DNA from: Octopus sinensis
Taxonomy: Eukaryota
NCBI RefSeq assembly: GCF_006345805.1
Contig: NC_042998.1
Location: 4,464,001-4,528,000, forward strand
Reading direction: 5' to 3'
Length of the DNA stretch: 64,000 nucleotides
Under the pieces are notes generated by a model. It had not been told where the DNA came from. It saw only the letters and a program-made list of their open reading frames with translations, and did not search any database. The translations under genes were made by a program, and so were the position numbers. Position 1 is the first letter of the stretch, and every line of letters begins with the position of its first letter. Positions 13,975 through 27,600 of the stretch are shown piece after piece.

Positions 13975-14845
13975 AAGGCGTTAACATGCCGGGCGAAAAG
14001 TTTGGCCATATTTCGTCTCTAAGTTCCCAGTTCAAATTCCGCCGAGGTCGTCTTTGCCTTCCATCCTTTCGGGGTCGATAAATTAAGTACCATCTGCATG
14101 CTGGGGTCGATCTAATCGACTGCCCCCACCCAAATTTCGGGCTTTGTGCCTAGAATAGAAAAGTTTATGTTCAACGTTATTATATTTAATATATATCAAG
14201 GCATTAGCATGACGGGAGAAATGCTTACCAGTATTTCGTCTGACATTAAGTTCTCAGTTCAAATTCCGTCGAGGTCGACTTTGCCTTTCATCCTTGTGGG
14301 ATCGATAAATTAAGTACCTATTTCTTTACTACTCACAAAGCATTTCGCCCGGCGTGCTTAACGTTTCTACCAGCTCACCGCTAAATTAAGTACCAGTTGC
14401 GTACTGGGGACGATCTAATCGACTGGCCTCCTCCTCCCAAATTTCGGGCCTGTGCCTAGAGTAGAAAAGTATATATATCAAGGCGGTGAGCTGGCAGAAT
14501 CGTTAGCAAGCTGGACGAAATGCTTATCGGAATTTCGCCAGTCACTATGATCTGTACTCAAATTCCGCCGAGATCGACTTTACCTTTCATCCTTTCGAGG
14601 TCGATAAATTAAGTACCAGTGTAAACAACTGATTCTCGCCCCCCAAATTTCAGGCCTTGTGCCTATAGTAGAAAGGACGAAATGATTATCGGTATTTCGC
14701 CCGTCGCTACGTTGTGTGTTCAAATTCCACCGAGGTCGACTTTGCATTTCGGAGTCGGTACATTAAGTACCAGTGAAACACTAGTGTTGATGTAATTGTC
14801 TAGTCCCCTCTCCCACAATTTCCGGCTTGTGCCTATAGTAGAAAT
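13975..14845 (+). mobile_element. Head-to-tail cluster of four SINE family B-related copies
   Basis: Repeated gttcaaattcc...gaggtcgactttgc...aaattaagtacc...gtgcctagagtagaaaag units. Confidence 0.88.
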
Positions 14846-14859
14846 AATTATATTCAATA

Positions 14860-16193
14860 TATTGGGCTAGCAACTAAGTTCCCGCGGTTTTTTTATCTTA
14901 GATTTTTTAAGAGGTTTGATAAAAAGTAACAACTAATTAATCAATAATGCATTTACCCTTGTTGTTTACTTCTTCTCAACGTTCAACAAGATTTTCAATA
15001 CCTCGTTGGTAGAAAACACCAGATTTCGACTCGAAAAAATGATCCAACCATGCTCTCAATTCTGCATCAGTATTGAACGAAACTCGGCGCATGGCTTTTA
15101 AAAGAGATCTAAAGAGGTGGAAATCCGTTGGTGGCAAATCAGGAGAGTACGGCGGGTGTGGCAGCACTTCCCAGCCATGCGTTTGAATGGCTTCCTTCGT
15201 CATATTAGCGATATAAGGGCGGGCGTTACAGTGCGGCAGGACGGAATCCTACTACACGGGTTTTTCTCTTGAATAGCCGTGTTAAGTCGTTCCATCTGTT
15301 GCACATAGAGTTCCGCGTTGACCGGTTGGTTTCGTTCAAGAAATTCATAATGGATTATCCCTTCCCAGTTCCACCATATGCACAACATCGTTTTACGCGG
15401 ATGAAGATCTTGTTTCACGCCCGGTGTCGCTTGTTTACCGGGACTAAGCCATTCCTTACGCTGCTTCATATAGATGTACAGGCACCAAGTTTCGTCGCCA
15501 GTAACGATTCGGTAAAAAAATCGTTGTTTGTGTCCATGAGTTGAGCGGTAACGAGCAAGCAAACTAGCGGAGATTGTGGCTCGTTGATTTTTGCTGTTGT
15601 CACATAAAGCATGTGTAAGCCATGATCCATACTTCTGAACCTTTCCTATCGAGGAAGATGCTTCTCTATAGCAGTGTGGGAGCATAACTCCATATCTGCC
15701 TACATCGCCTTGCTTTTTGCTTTTTGAGCCAAGAAATTAACTTAACTTAACGTTTGACGAGAATTTTCGTACAAAAGTTGGTTTAATCGCTCTTCATCGA
15801 ACTCAACAGGACGGCCAGAACGAGGTGCGTCTTTGAGGTCAAAATTTCCATTTTTGAACTTAGCATACCAATCACAAACGGTTCTTTCATCTGTGGCACC
15901 TCTCCATACACAGCACAAATGTCGCGAGCAGCTTTTGCGGCCTTAGAACCTTGATTAAAATAAAAAAAGGAGGTGTTTAAAATGCTCGTTTTTCTTAACT
16001 TGACATTCCATTTTAATGATCTGAAAATAAACAAAAATTAACTAAAATTAACTACAAAAAAATATAAAAAAATAAAATAGATTCCAAAATGATTCAAAAA
16101 TAGAATTCTCGAAAAAAATAGATTCCAAAATTTAAAAACACAATAAATTTCAAAATTTAAAAATACGGCGGGAACTTAGTTGCCAACCCAATA
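14860..16193 (-). mobile_element. Full-length decayed mariner, a different family from 11589
   Basis: TIRs tattgggctagcaactaagttcccgc and gcgggaacttagttgccaacccaata with TA ends. Fragments read NQGSKAAKAARDICAVYGE, IVTGDETWCLY and LPHPPYSPDLPPTDFHLFRSL. Confidence 0.93.
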
Positions 16194-16844
16194 TATCTGT
16201 CTTACTCTTAACACTTTTGCGTTCCTATGAAAATTAGGCTATTACTGATATTTATTTTCATTAGAAAAAATAGGCGTACATCTCAAGTGAATAGCAAATT
16301 AAAAACATTCCAGATCTATGTGTAAAAGCAAATTCGTCAACACCTTCTAAAAACCAATTAATGTATGTAGTTATGTTGTGAACATGTATATCAATAACCC
16401 ATTTTTCTTAGTAAATTCTATTTTACAGACACTAAGATTCTATCAACTTATTTTCCCACAAAATTCTCATATGTTTATAAACTTGGAAGAGATTTTTGAT
16501 TTTTCCTTATTCTCTTGGTAGGATCTTGGAGTTTACTCAGAATAGCATTTTTGATCAGATAATTTAGAGAAAGAAGTTCCAATTATCTCTGGTGATCTAA
16601 TTCGCATCTAAGTGACTGATATATGTTGATTTCTGCATGCGACGTGTGATTCATTTCAATTAAATTGATATATGCGTTTATTTAAATTCCATGAATATAT
16701 ATATTCCGTATACATTGGTTAGTTGCTGTTTAAATAAATGTGCAATATATGCGATATAATCATCAAGATGCTAACCTCGCCTGCGCCGTCAGCGTCCACA
16801 GGATCAGACAACAGCAACAACAACAACAACAATAACAATAGTAA

Positions 16845-17878
16845 TCTATATATATATAAAACTGAGAAGTCTGTCTGTTTGTGTGTTTCCCTAAAACTTG
16901 AAAACTACACAACCAATTTCATTCAAATTTTACACATGCCTTACGTAAGGTCCGGGGAGTGTCATCGGCAAAAAAAATGTTAACTTTTTTCCTAGGATGA
17001 TCCCGCAGCAATATCATATCTTCTCCACTATTTCAGTATTACGTGTTAAAAGTGAAGCAAAAACATCTCTCTATTGTAATGTAGACACTTTCATTTTAAT
17101 ACTGAAACTATTAAAATGAAAGTATTATATAACAGGGATGAACCATTAATTTGTGGTCATCCTTTTTGCCAGAAGAAGATCCGCTGTGGTCTTTTATGCT
17201 ACACCACTCGTTTTCATATTAATCAAATTAATATGGTGGTGGTGGTGGTGGTGATGATGATGATGTTGGTGGTGATGGTGGTGGTGGTGGTGGTGTTGAT
17301 GGTGGTGATGATCGTGGTGGTGGTCGTGGTGGTGGTGGTGGTGGTCTTCGTGGTGGTGATGATGATGGTGGTGGTGGTGGTGGTGGTCGTGGTGGTGGTG
17401 GTGGTCGTGGTGGTAGTGGTGGTGGTGGTGATGGTGGTAGTGGTGATGGTGGTGGTGGGCATGGTGGTAGTGGTAGTGGTGGTGGTGGTAGTGGTGGTGG
17501 TGGTGTTGGTCGTCGTGGTGATGGTGGTGGTGTTTGTGGCAGAGTTGTCCTTTGACTGTGAAGCTGTCGTCTGGGTTCTTCCAATCTTTTCGTGTGTCGG
17601 TGGCGGAGTTGGCGTCCATGCTCGCACCTGCACCTGTGTTGGTCCTCCCCTCCTTCCCTCCTTCATGAAGCTGTGGTGAAGTCAGGGTAGGAAAATCAAC
17701 GTCGTAAGCGTTGTCAGGGAGACAAGTGACCTTTTCCCCGACGACTTCATGGCTTTGAAGTCGCCATGCTCAAAAGAGAAATGGCTAAGAAAGCCCGAAA
17801 ACAAATTTACAAAATCGGGAAATACGCCACACAGGGAAGGTTTCCCGTGCAAAGAATTTGCACAACCGAATGCTTTAG
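16845..17878 (+). mobile_element. Probable non-autonomous Helitron carrying a (GGT)n tract
   Basis: 5' a|TCtatatatatataaaactgagaagtctgtctgt. At the 3' end a gtgcaaa-gaa-tttgcac hairpin (17847-17863) lies ~12 nt before TTAG|t, a variant of CTAG. Confidence 0.5.
17233..17535. repeat. Degenerate (GGT)n trinucleotide tract
   Basis: Direct reading. It is the source of the poly-V/H/T/P ORFs. Confidence 0.95.
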
Positions 17879-18317
17879 TTGTTGCACAACTAATATATAA
17901 AAAATATTATCCAAACACAAACTTTTGAAGGCAATATTGTATGGCGATGGTACTTGTGAAATATGGTAATAGATTTAGTAGCCAAAAGGAGAGAGCAGAG
18001 GTATAGTATGGTGGTGGCGGCGGTGGCGGTGGAAATAGTGGCGGCGGAGGTGGTAGTGGCAACGGCGGTGGCGGTTTAGTATTGTCATTTTTTAAATTTT
18101 TAACGCTAGTGCAAAATTGGATTTGTTTTTGGTGGTAGTGTTGGTATCACTTGTAGCGGTTGAGGTTGTAGTAGTAGTGGTGTTGTTGGCAGTTATGGTA
18201 GACGGCAAAACGATGCCTCATTCTTGGATAGCATGAAAGAGTGGAACACACAAAATTGTACTCAAGTAATGTATTCCTTGAAGTTTATCTTAAAAGGGGA
18301 ATCTTCTAAGGTAAATG

Positions 18318-18369
<52 letters not shown>

Positions 18370-18779
18370 ATTGGCAAGTCTCTCCTATACATGATTAATT
18401 TGTACCATAAGCTTTGTCACTATTTTCTCCAGCCTTATAATTTACGTTATAAGGGAGATGATTTCCTCCTTCTTTTATCTTTTCGTTTTACTTTTTGGTT
18501 TTTCGGTTCCTTAATCTTCCACCTTTTCTATATACATCCTCGTTGCGTTTTCTCGTTTCTTTTACCATTTAACTTTTAGTTCGTTATGCCGTGTGGCCTG
18601 TGCCGAAATGTCAGACGTGTTATAAAACTTTGTTCGGCATGGTCTCAGCAGAAGAAACTATCAGTAGCCCATAAAAAGATGTATTGACTCCATGATATGT
18701 GTGTGTGGGTGTGGGTGTGTGAGTGTGTGTGTGTGTGTATGCATGCATGTATGTATATGTACATATATATACTTTTTTC

Positions 18780-19376
18780 TTTCTCTAGGCACAAGGGCCG
18801 AAATTTTGGGGGAGGGTGAAATTCGATTAGATCGACCCCAGTGTGCAACTGTTGCTTAATTTATCGACCCCGAAAGGATGAAAGGCAAAGTTGACCTAGG
18901 TGGAATTTGAACTCAGAACATAAAGACAGGCGAAATACCTATTTCTTTACTACCCACAAGAGGCTAAACACAGAGAGGACAAACAAGGACAGACAAACGG
19001 ATTAAGTCGATTACATCGACCCCAGTGCGCAACTGGTACTTATTTGATCGACCTCAAAAAGATGAAAGACAAAGTCGACCTCGGCGGAATTTGAACTCAC
19101 AACATAGCGGCAGACGAAATACTGCTAAGCATTTCGCCCGGCGTGCTAACGTTTATTATTTCTTTACTGTCCCCAAAAGGCTACACAGAGGACGGACAAA
19201 CGGATTAAGTCGATTATATTGACCCCCAGTGCGTAACTGCTACTTATTTAATCGACCGCGGAAGGATCCAAGGCAAAGTCGACCCCGGCGGAATTTGAAC
19301 TCAGAACATAGTGGCAGACGAAATACTGCTAAGCATTTCGCCCGACCTGCTAACGATTCTGCCAGCTCGCCGCCTT
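18780..19376 (-). mobile_element. Nested cluster of three SINE family B copies
   Basis: New tatttctttact tails begin at ~18940 and ~19154 inside earlier copies. Confidence 0.88.
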
Positions 19377-19766
19377 AATGTACATATATATAAGTTTACG
19401 TCGTGTATGAGTTTATTTAGGATATTTAGGCAAAATTTCGCCGTATTATTCATTTCTATCTTCACTTTAACTGTTTATTTGGTGGTGGTGCCTGCGACTA
19501 TAAAGTTCTGTTACTAACAACCACTTAGTCCATATCCTGAAACAATGAAGCTAAGAGCCTTGGTTTGTGCATGTCAGTCTTTGGACACCAGAAAGATGTT
19601 GACAGTTCCCAACTCTTTATGCATCCGCATCTTCAAAACATTAAACGTGGTGAGTAAGGTATCAATAATTAGAGCCAGGCACATTAAACCTGTATAAGAA
19701 AATTTGAAAATATGGAGTAATTATCAAAAACAAACAAATGGAGGGAATTCCAAATAAATTAACACA

Positions 19767-19929
19767 AGGCGTAGGAGTGGCTGTGTGGTAAGTAGCTTGC
19801 TTACCAACCACATGGTTCCGGGTTCAGTCCCATTGCATGGCACCTTGGGCAAGTGTCTTCTATTATAACCTCGGGCCGACCAAAGCCTTGTGAGTGGATT
19901 TGGTAGACGGAAACTGAAAGAAGCCTGTC

Positions 19930-19996
<67 letters not shown>

Positions 19997-20209
19997 CTTA
20001 TGTGTTTGTCCCCCTAGCATTGCTTGACAACCGATGCTGGTGTATTTATGTCCCCGTCATCTAGCGGTTCGGCAAAAGAGACTGATAGAATAAGTACTGG
20101 GCTTACAAAGAATAAGTCCCGGGGTCGATTTGCTCGATCAATGGCGGTGCTCCAGCATGGCCGCAGTCAAATGACTGAAACAAGTAAATGAGTAAAAGAG
20201 TAAAGAGTA
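19767..20209 (+). mobile_element. tRNA-derived SINE, family C (CORE-like ccttgggcaagtgtctt), with internal microsatellite
   Basis: aggcgtaggagtggctgtgtggtaag head, ccgggttcagtcc B box, (gagtaaaa)n tail. Confidence 0.9.
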
Positions 20210-20939
20210 TACATTATGTAGGAAATACTTAAGTTTATTTCTCCCAGATGCTAACGCCCTTATAAAACCTGGTATACCCAATAGGAATCAGACAGAACTG
20301 TCATAGTATAACAATCAACCATTTTGTGCATGTAGCCGTTCTTAATTGTACGCTACATATGTTACAAAATTTAAAACTAGGAAAGAAAATATCATGCTCA
20401 CAAGCGCTGCACGAACTCGGTAGGGTAACTGATATAAGATTCCATGTAAAAACATGCGCCAAGAAAACATTAAAGAGAGGAAACTAAATTAAAACACCAA
20501 TATCATGTTAGATATAGAAACGGTAATGTTAGAAGATAAGATTAAAAGAAATTATATAAGAATCTATGGCCTAGTCAGACTGCATCAAGCACAATTGAAA
20601 TAAAAGTTAATGAAGATATAGAAGCTTTACTGGTAAGTGATGGTTTGTTCGTTTATAAACTGTGGCTGTAGTTGTCAGTAATGGTTTATCTTTCTTGGGT
20701 TTATGGAAGAGTACTTTTGTTTTCTTGCCTAGTACCAATTTACGCCCAGCTTTAAGTTTTCCGATTAGACAATAAATCTGAGGAAAAACAAATGGTCGTA
20801 TTTCCCTATCTTCCAGACCTGGTCGAACGCAGGTGTTGCTCACCTTAATGGTTTATCAGAAGACATAATTTCAGTTTCTAACGTCATAAGACGATAGTCT
20901 GGGAGTATCTCCCAGAATATCTGGTTGGTTCTTTTCGTA

Positions 20940-21095
20940 TGTCTTTATTTTCTGAGTTTAAATTTCGCCGATGTCGACTTTGCTTTTCATCCTTTCGGGG
21001 TCGATAAATTAAGCATCATTTGCGTACTGGGGTCGATCTAATCGACTGGCCCCCTCCCCCAATATTTCGAGCCTTGTGTCTAGAATAGAGAAGTA
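20940..21095 (+). mobile_element. Partial SINE family B-related copy
   Basis: gagtttaaatttcgccgatgtcgactttgc...ggggtcgatctaatcgactgg. Confidence 0.8.
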
Positions 21096-21780
21096 TATCT
21101 GGTTGATTCTGTTCTGAGGAAAATCACACTTTTGTGACCTGCTGGCACTGGTTTTACCATAACTATGTGGGCACTGTTTCTTTTATTAGAAGATCAATTT
21201 CGTGGGGCGCAAATATATTTCTCGACGCCCATCCTTAGACTGGTAGTGCTGCAACAGTCATTTTCATTACTGGTTCTTTTGTCTGAACCTCAGTGACCAT
21301 CTATTGATTCTTCTGCTGCTGTCTGAATGTATTCCTTATATTTGTTCCTTTCATTAATTGAAGACAGGAATAATTTGTTTTCTACTGCTATACATGCATT
21401 CATTAGATCCTGCATTTTCGGCCCGAACTAATTTGCTGGCATTAATTTGAAAAGATATATTAATTCTGAAAACAAAATGCGCACATTTTAATCGCCATAT
21501 ATAAATACTGTGGGCCTTGTTTCTAGAGTAGAAAAGAATACATAAATATTGTTTATTGTGTGACTGGAAACAGCCGCTATACATTTTCCCTCACATATTG
21601 CTCTTGAAATTTTGTCTGGTCCACCATATGTTCGCACCACTGCTTTAGCTAAGTATTCGTCAGTAATATATATTTACTTGAATGCTTTTATTAAAGCATG
21701 CAACCATATGGTCATCTGTAGAGATTTTTATTGCGATGACTGCAACTTATCTACACCCACTTATTTCTGTATTTCTCTTC

Positions 21781-22006
21781 CTCTTTACTCTTTTACTCTT
21801 TTACTTGTTTCAGTCATTTCACTGCGGCCATGCTGGAGCACCGCCTTTAATCGAGCAACTCGACCCCGGAACTTATTATTTTGTAAGCCCAGTACTTATT
21901 CTATCGGTCTCTTTTGCCGAACCGCTAAGTAACGGGGACATAAACGCACCAGCATCGGCGTCAAGCAATGCTAGGGGGACAATCACAGACACACAAACAC
22001 ACACAA

Positions 22007-22065
<59 letters not shown>

Positions 22066-22232
22066 TACACAGATGTTCTTCTTTCAGTTTCCGTCTACTA
22101 AATCCACTCACAAGGCTTTGGTCAGCCCGGGGCTATAGTAGAAGACACTTGCCCAAGGTGCCACGCAGTGGGACTGAACCCCGAACCATGTGGTTGGTAA
22201 GCAAGCTACTTACCACACAGCCACTCCTGCGC
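21781..22232 (-). mobile_element. SINE family C
   Basis: Full reverse copy. Confidence 0.9.
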
Positions 22233-23830
22233 CTTCTCTTCCTGTGTCTCTTTCGACTGAAGATGAAACACATTAATTTATAACAAGAACATTTAGGCTT
22301 TCATTTACACTGCTATTTCTATATATTGTATATTCTACAAGGTGATCTGTAGACATGCTGGATGAAGTATAGAAGTTTTCATTTAAACTTAGAAATCTCT
22401 GTTACAAGACGTGAGTCAAAATAAGTTAAATCGGCGGAAATTTTAGCAGCTCTTGTATTCGACACTTCCGGTGAAAATTAGTTTAATAATTAATATTCTT
22501 TTAAATGATCGGGCAAATTAATTTTAATGAAAAAATAAAAAAAGTGATATTAATATGAAAAAAGATATGTTTGATTTACTTGATTATGATCCAAACAAGA
22601 ATGATATCGCTTCTTCAGAGCAATACTTTGTTTAAAGTGGCTTTTGAAATCTTTAAGTGATTACTTAGTCACTTTATTCAATCAGATTCCCTGTGCGATT
22701 CTTGACGAACCATTAGCAGACATTCATGACTCTCTTGGCACAGTATTGTACAATTGCTTCCCAATTTATGTCTAGTTGCAAAAGAGTTAACTTGTAGAAT
22801 ACAAGCAGAAGATAGACATCTCTACGAAATATTCTTCATATGACCTATAGCAAAATATTGCTACGGTAATTCCTGCCAAATTATTTAGGATCTATGATCT
22901 ATTAAAAAAGTACATAATGCATCAAAGCGAGACTTGTGTATATATTTTCAGTCTGAATTATACTTCTTAACTATGTATCAATAGTGGTAGATGAGGTGAG
23001 CATAGAAAGTATTTTGTCTGGGAAATCTTCAAATAGATAATTAGCTTACTTACTGAAATTATTTTAAGCGTACTTTTTTTAAAAATATAATTATGAACAG
23101 AAAACAAACAAGAAAATACCGCAGAGCTATCATATATATATCCTATGCAAAATAACGTTTCTCTAACTCATTTGTGAATATTTTATCTGCTTTATATATT
23201 TCTTCAGTATTGTTTTTTATGTTCAAGACATTTTAAGTAAATAACGTTTCCAAGATACTGAAGAGTTGAAAACATTTGCTCTAAACATTAATGAAATCAA
23301 CAACAAATGCAATAACATACAATAATTCTGTCGACTCTTGATCACCTTTTGTACTGGTAGAGTATCAAGAAATCTAGTCTACTATGTTTCTTGTGATTAT
23401 TGTATCAAATCCTGTGATGTAAGGAGACTTCTAAATACGATGTAGTGGCTGCAGACAGATTCATCTAAAACCGAATTTGGAATTAAACTTGAGGATACAT
23501 TCTTCTATAAAAAATAAACACTAAGTTCAATCCTATACCGATACATTTCATTTCATTTTTTTCGCATCGCTTTCAGTTACATATGAAGTAATTTGCGAAG
23601 AAATAATTAAGGAAATATATACGCTCAGCCATCCGTCCATGCTGACTACACATCAAGCCTTATAATAACCTTGAAACGAAGGAAATATTGTATGTGAACC
23701 ATTATTGCAATGTTCTAATCTGGGAGCACTAATTAGTTTTCGTATTATAGCAATTTTACATCATAGCTCAACAGAGCAATGATAGATAAAGACTGTACAG
23801 AAAGGGGAAAAGATTTATTACTCTCTACAT

Positions 23831-24204
23831 AGGCGCAGGAGTGGCTGTGTGGTTAGTAGCTTGCTAACCAACCACATGGTTCCGGGTTCAGTCACCCTGC
23901 GTGGCATCTTGGGCAAGTGTCTTCTGCTATAGCCCCGGACCGACCAATGCCTTGTGAGTGGATTTGGTAGACGGAAACTGAAAGAAGCCTGTCGTATATA
24001 TGTATATATATGTATGGGTGTGTATGTGTTTACGTGTATGTGTTTACGTCCCCGTTACTTAGCGGTTCGGCAAAAGAGACCGATAGAATAAGTACTGGGC
24101 TTACAAAGAATATGTCCCTGGGTCGATTTGCTCGACTAAAAGCGGTGCTCCAGCATGGCCGCAGTCAAATTACTGAAAGAAGTAAAAGAGTAAAAGAGTA
24201 AAGA
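23831..24204 (+). mobile_element. SINE family C
   Basis: Full forward copy. Confidence 0.9.
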
Positions 24205-25757
24205 GTACATATTCTAGCACTAGCTGGCTATGCATGGTAGCATGTTTCTGATGTCCATCATTAACCATTAGAGATTTCTAGTAAGAATTCTAGATCGGGG
24301 AAGTTTTGGAAATTTTCCATAATCTTCAAAAATGTGTGAGGAAAAAAGCTATTTCGCCAAAAAATAGCGAACAATAAAGTTTCATTGATACTGTTAACTA
24401 GTATGGAAGGCTAGAGTAAATGTTAATTTCACCTGCTTCATTACGCACAGGGAAAGAGAGTTATGGGCCCTAATAACACAAAGCTACTAAACCCCACTCT
24501 TGACTTGGAATTCTCTATCTCATTTGAAAAGATCATCACTGATAATGCCAATTATTCACCCTTCAGAAATGTTTATTTTTTAATCAGCAGCTTTAGCAGA
24601 TTCTTAAACACGTTTCATGTTTTGAGTATCTGCTCGATACGTCATTTTTTTTTATCAGATAAAGGTAATGATCTTATGTACGAAAAATAAAGAAGCAAGT
24701 GATCCATCTAACTAATAGATTTATTGGGGTATTGAGCTACAAATCGGTAATTATAATTTCAGCCACACTTTGGGGATCTAACCTTGTAATGCATTTCATC
24801 AAGAGGTTATTATATAAATTATGTAAGACATTCTGCTAAACCTACTTCGTTAAATATACGAAGATGTAAAATATTAATCTCACAACAGAGATTTTGGGAC
24901 TAAAAAACTTGAAATTCAATACATCTATCAAAGAATATTTCTGAAAACGCTGGAAGGATGTATTGGAAGAGGAAAAATTATTTCAGAAGTATAGAAATTA
25001 TTTTAAACTGATTTTAATCCTTATGCCAAAATAATATAGTGTTATATATGAATTATCATTTTTGATCTATATGAAGCAACTAAATTGATAATAACATGCC
25101 ATTTCAGTAACCTTCTGTAGCTGTAGCAGTTACTAGTTCAGAAAATGTACTAATTGTGCTTACCGATCTTTTAATAGCATATAAATCTCAACATGAACAT
25201 TGCAAATCGAAGGTTTAGTATCGTGTGTATGGGGACAATCTTGCATATTATAACTACAAACTTAAACATTTTCAGTATGGATGTATTATTGACAAGTATA
25301 AGAGTAAGCTTAAATGTGCAGGTCTCATCGACAGCTTTGGCATATATTTTGATTTTTATCGTTGCCTAGCAATTGTCCAGACCTCTTTGTTATCACTTAA
25401 GAACCACTGTAGATCACAGTTCACAGCGCGTTTCAAAAGTTAATCTCTGTCTCATGTAACGACAAACAATGAAAAGACTTCATGAGTTTGCAAGTTTTGA
25501 CTAATCCAGTTCATGTAAGCCCTAATTTTGCAACATTTTAACTTACCTTATTGCTTTGCAATAAAATTATATGATCTTCATGGAAGCACCAAAAGCTTCA
25601 GAAAACTATGGAAAACATTAGTTTTGATTTATTTTCCATTGCTGTCATTAGAATAAGTACTGGCCATCTTCAGTGTACCAATATTTTATGTATATACATA
25701 TATATGCATATATAAATATATATATATATGTATGTATACACACACACACACACACAG

Positions 25758-25789
<32 letters not shown>

Positions 25790-26214
25790 TATATATTTAT
25801 TAAACCCTGAGCCTGCATAAGAAACGTTGAACACTTACTACTTTTGTAGTGTACCCACTCAACATGGGGTACTTTAAATTCCGACATGATAATAAGTTAA
25901 AGAACAGGTGTAGCCATGATTGCTTTTGGAATATCTGGAATTTACATTAACAATAATTATAGCTTCATTTAAAATGAATTATTGAAAGGCAATTAAATAT
26001 TAAAGAAAATATCTACAAATTAGTATAACTTATTTTGATGTAAAAATCTCATCCCATGTGTAACAAACTGATATATTTTCCAGCAGATGCAACAACACAA
26101 GCTACGAAGCATGCATTTTATATTTTCTATATAATTGCCATAATTTACTGAATACGTTAAAAGATCGATAATAACAGGACAACATGCCCTATGAGAACAA
26201 AAATATGCTCTATA

Positions 26215-26400
26215 CTCTTTTACTCTCTTACTTGTTTCAGTCATTTGACTGCGGCCATGCTGGAACACCGCCTTTAGTCGAGCAAATCGACCCCAGGACT
26301 TATTCTATCGGTCTCTTTTGCCGAACCGCTTGGTGACGCGGACGTAAACACACCAGCATCGGTTGTCAAACAATGATAGGGGGACAAATACAGACACGCA
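26215..26400 (-). mobile_element. SINE family C, 3' half (a second 3' half lies at 26998-27136)
   Basis: cttgtttcagtcatttgactgcggccatgctgg...ccgaaccgct. Confidence 0.85.
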
Positions 26401-26436
26401 AACACACACACACATACATACATATATATATATATA

Positions 26437-26842
26437 TAATAGAAATATTAAAATTACTAAGTCTCTCTAAAAGAGAACAGCGGCAGCGTTCCCGGAAAAT
26501 AATAGTTATCGCCATACTAATATGGCATTCTTATAAAAATAAGAATAAAGCTGTCCGCTTATTAGCTCCATGAGGCCATCGCCTTAAGTTAGCTATTTGA
26601 TACACAAACTGTATCCATATAACCTTCGAACAAGGGAGGTCAGTCGCTCCACACTACTTGACCGGCAGCTACAGACGCGTTTCGGGGTATTGCCCCTTTT
26701 CAATGCAGCGTAGCCAGCCAGTAGGTGTCGCTTCTGACAATCTCTGTTCGATGGTTTTATTTACCTAGTTTCGGTGGAATACATCCACTTGTTTTCAATA
26801 ATAGAAATATTAAAATTACTAAGTCTCTCTGAAAGAGAACAG
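26437..26842 (-). mobile_element. ~360 bp unit bounded by 44 bp direct repeats, with hammerhead motifs (PLE pLTR / retrozyme-like)
   Basis: taatagaaatattaaaattactaagtctctct(a/g)aaagagaacag at 26437-26480 and 26799-26842. Confidence 0.6.
26669..26708 (-). ncRNA. Type I hammerhead ribozyme motif, core mutated
   Basis: Minus strand: ctgca-TTGAAAA-gggg caata cccc-GAAA-cgcg-TC-tgtag. Helices I, II and palindromic III and the GUC site are intact. The core CUGANGA has two substitutions. Confidence 0.7.
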
Positions 26843-27149
26843 TGACATCAGTGACTTTTAGGACACCCGGTACGTATTCATGTATATATACATACATGGA
26901 TGCTTATATACATGCACACGTACACACACACACACACATATATATATGTATATAGATATGTATATATGTGTATATATTTATATGTATATATATACTGTTT
27001 TACTGTTTGACTTGTTTCAGTCATTTGACTGTGGCCATGCTGGAGCACCGCCTTTAGTCGAGCAAATCGACCCCAGGACTTATTCTTTGTAAGCCTAGTA
27101 CTTTTTCTATCGGTCTATTTTGCCGAACCGCTAAGTTATATATATATAT

Positions 27150-27600
27150 CATCTCTCAACAAAAGATTCTCTTTCATCTTTGTAGGGATCGAGCAAGCGT
27201 CGATCTAACTCCACACGGCTGCGCTTAATCGCTTCAGTACTCTCATCTTGCACAGACATTCTGGAAGCCAAACTTTTAATGAATGACTCCGTATGCAGAA
27301 CCATAACTAATTTAGAGAGAACTTGCCACCTCATGTAGGGTCACTTGTTAGTTCACAAGGACCCTCTATCGAATTTGTTGGATCTTCACGTCTTACACCT
27401 TCTTCGTGCTTCACGCTTCTCTGGCAATTTTAAAATTTCTATATTAATTCATTCACACTTCGACACGTTAGAGTGGAGTTTCTATAATCTGCTGAAAGCC
27501 TGTAATGGATTTCAAACCCTGACACACCTTCAGTTCAGAGAAATCGGATGACCGATCTCAGTTCTTCCCTAGTGCACAATACCAGCAGACCTGACATTCT
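27150..27600 (-). mobile_element. Decayed mariner transposase N-terminal fragment
   Basis: Minus strand: CTREELRSVIRFL*TEGVSGFEIHYRLSADY...VTLHEVASSL*ISYGSAYGVIH*KFGFQNVCAR*. Confidence 0.8.

Noticed and set aside
13975-14845. Regularly spaced repeats resembling a CRISPR-like array
   Set aside because: The units are whole diverged SINE copies, with no constant short repeat and unique spacers. The context is eukaryotic.
16495-16615. Strong polypyrimidine-AG acceptor-like site
   Set aside because: All three downstream frames hit stops before a credible donor.
17116-17679. Overlapping 118-187 aa ORFs (poly-V, poly-H, poly-T, poly-P)
   Set aside because: All are readings of one (GGT)n microsatellite, with no domain and no splice support.
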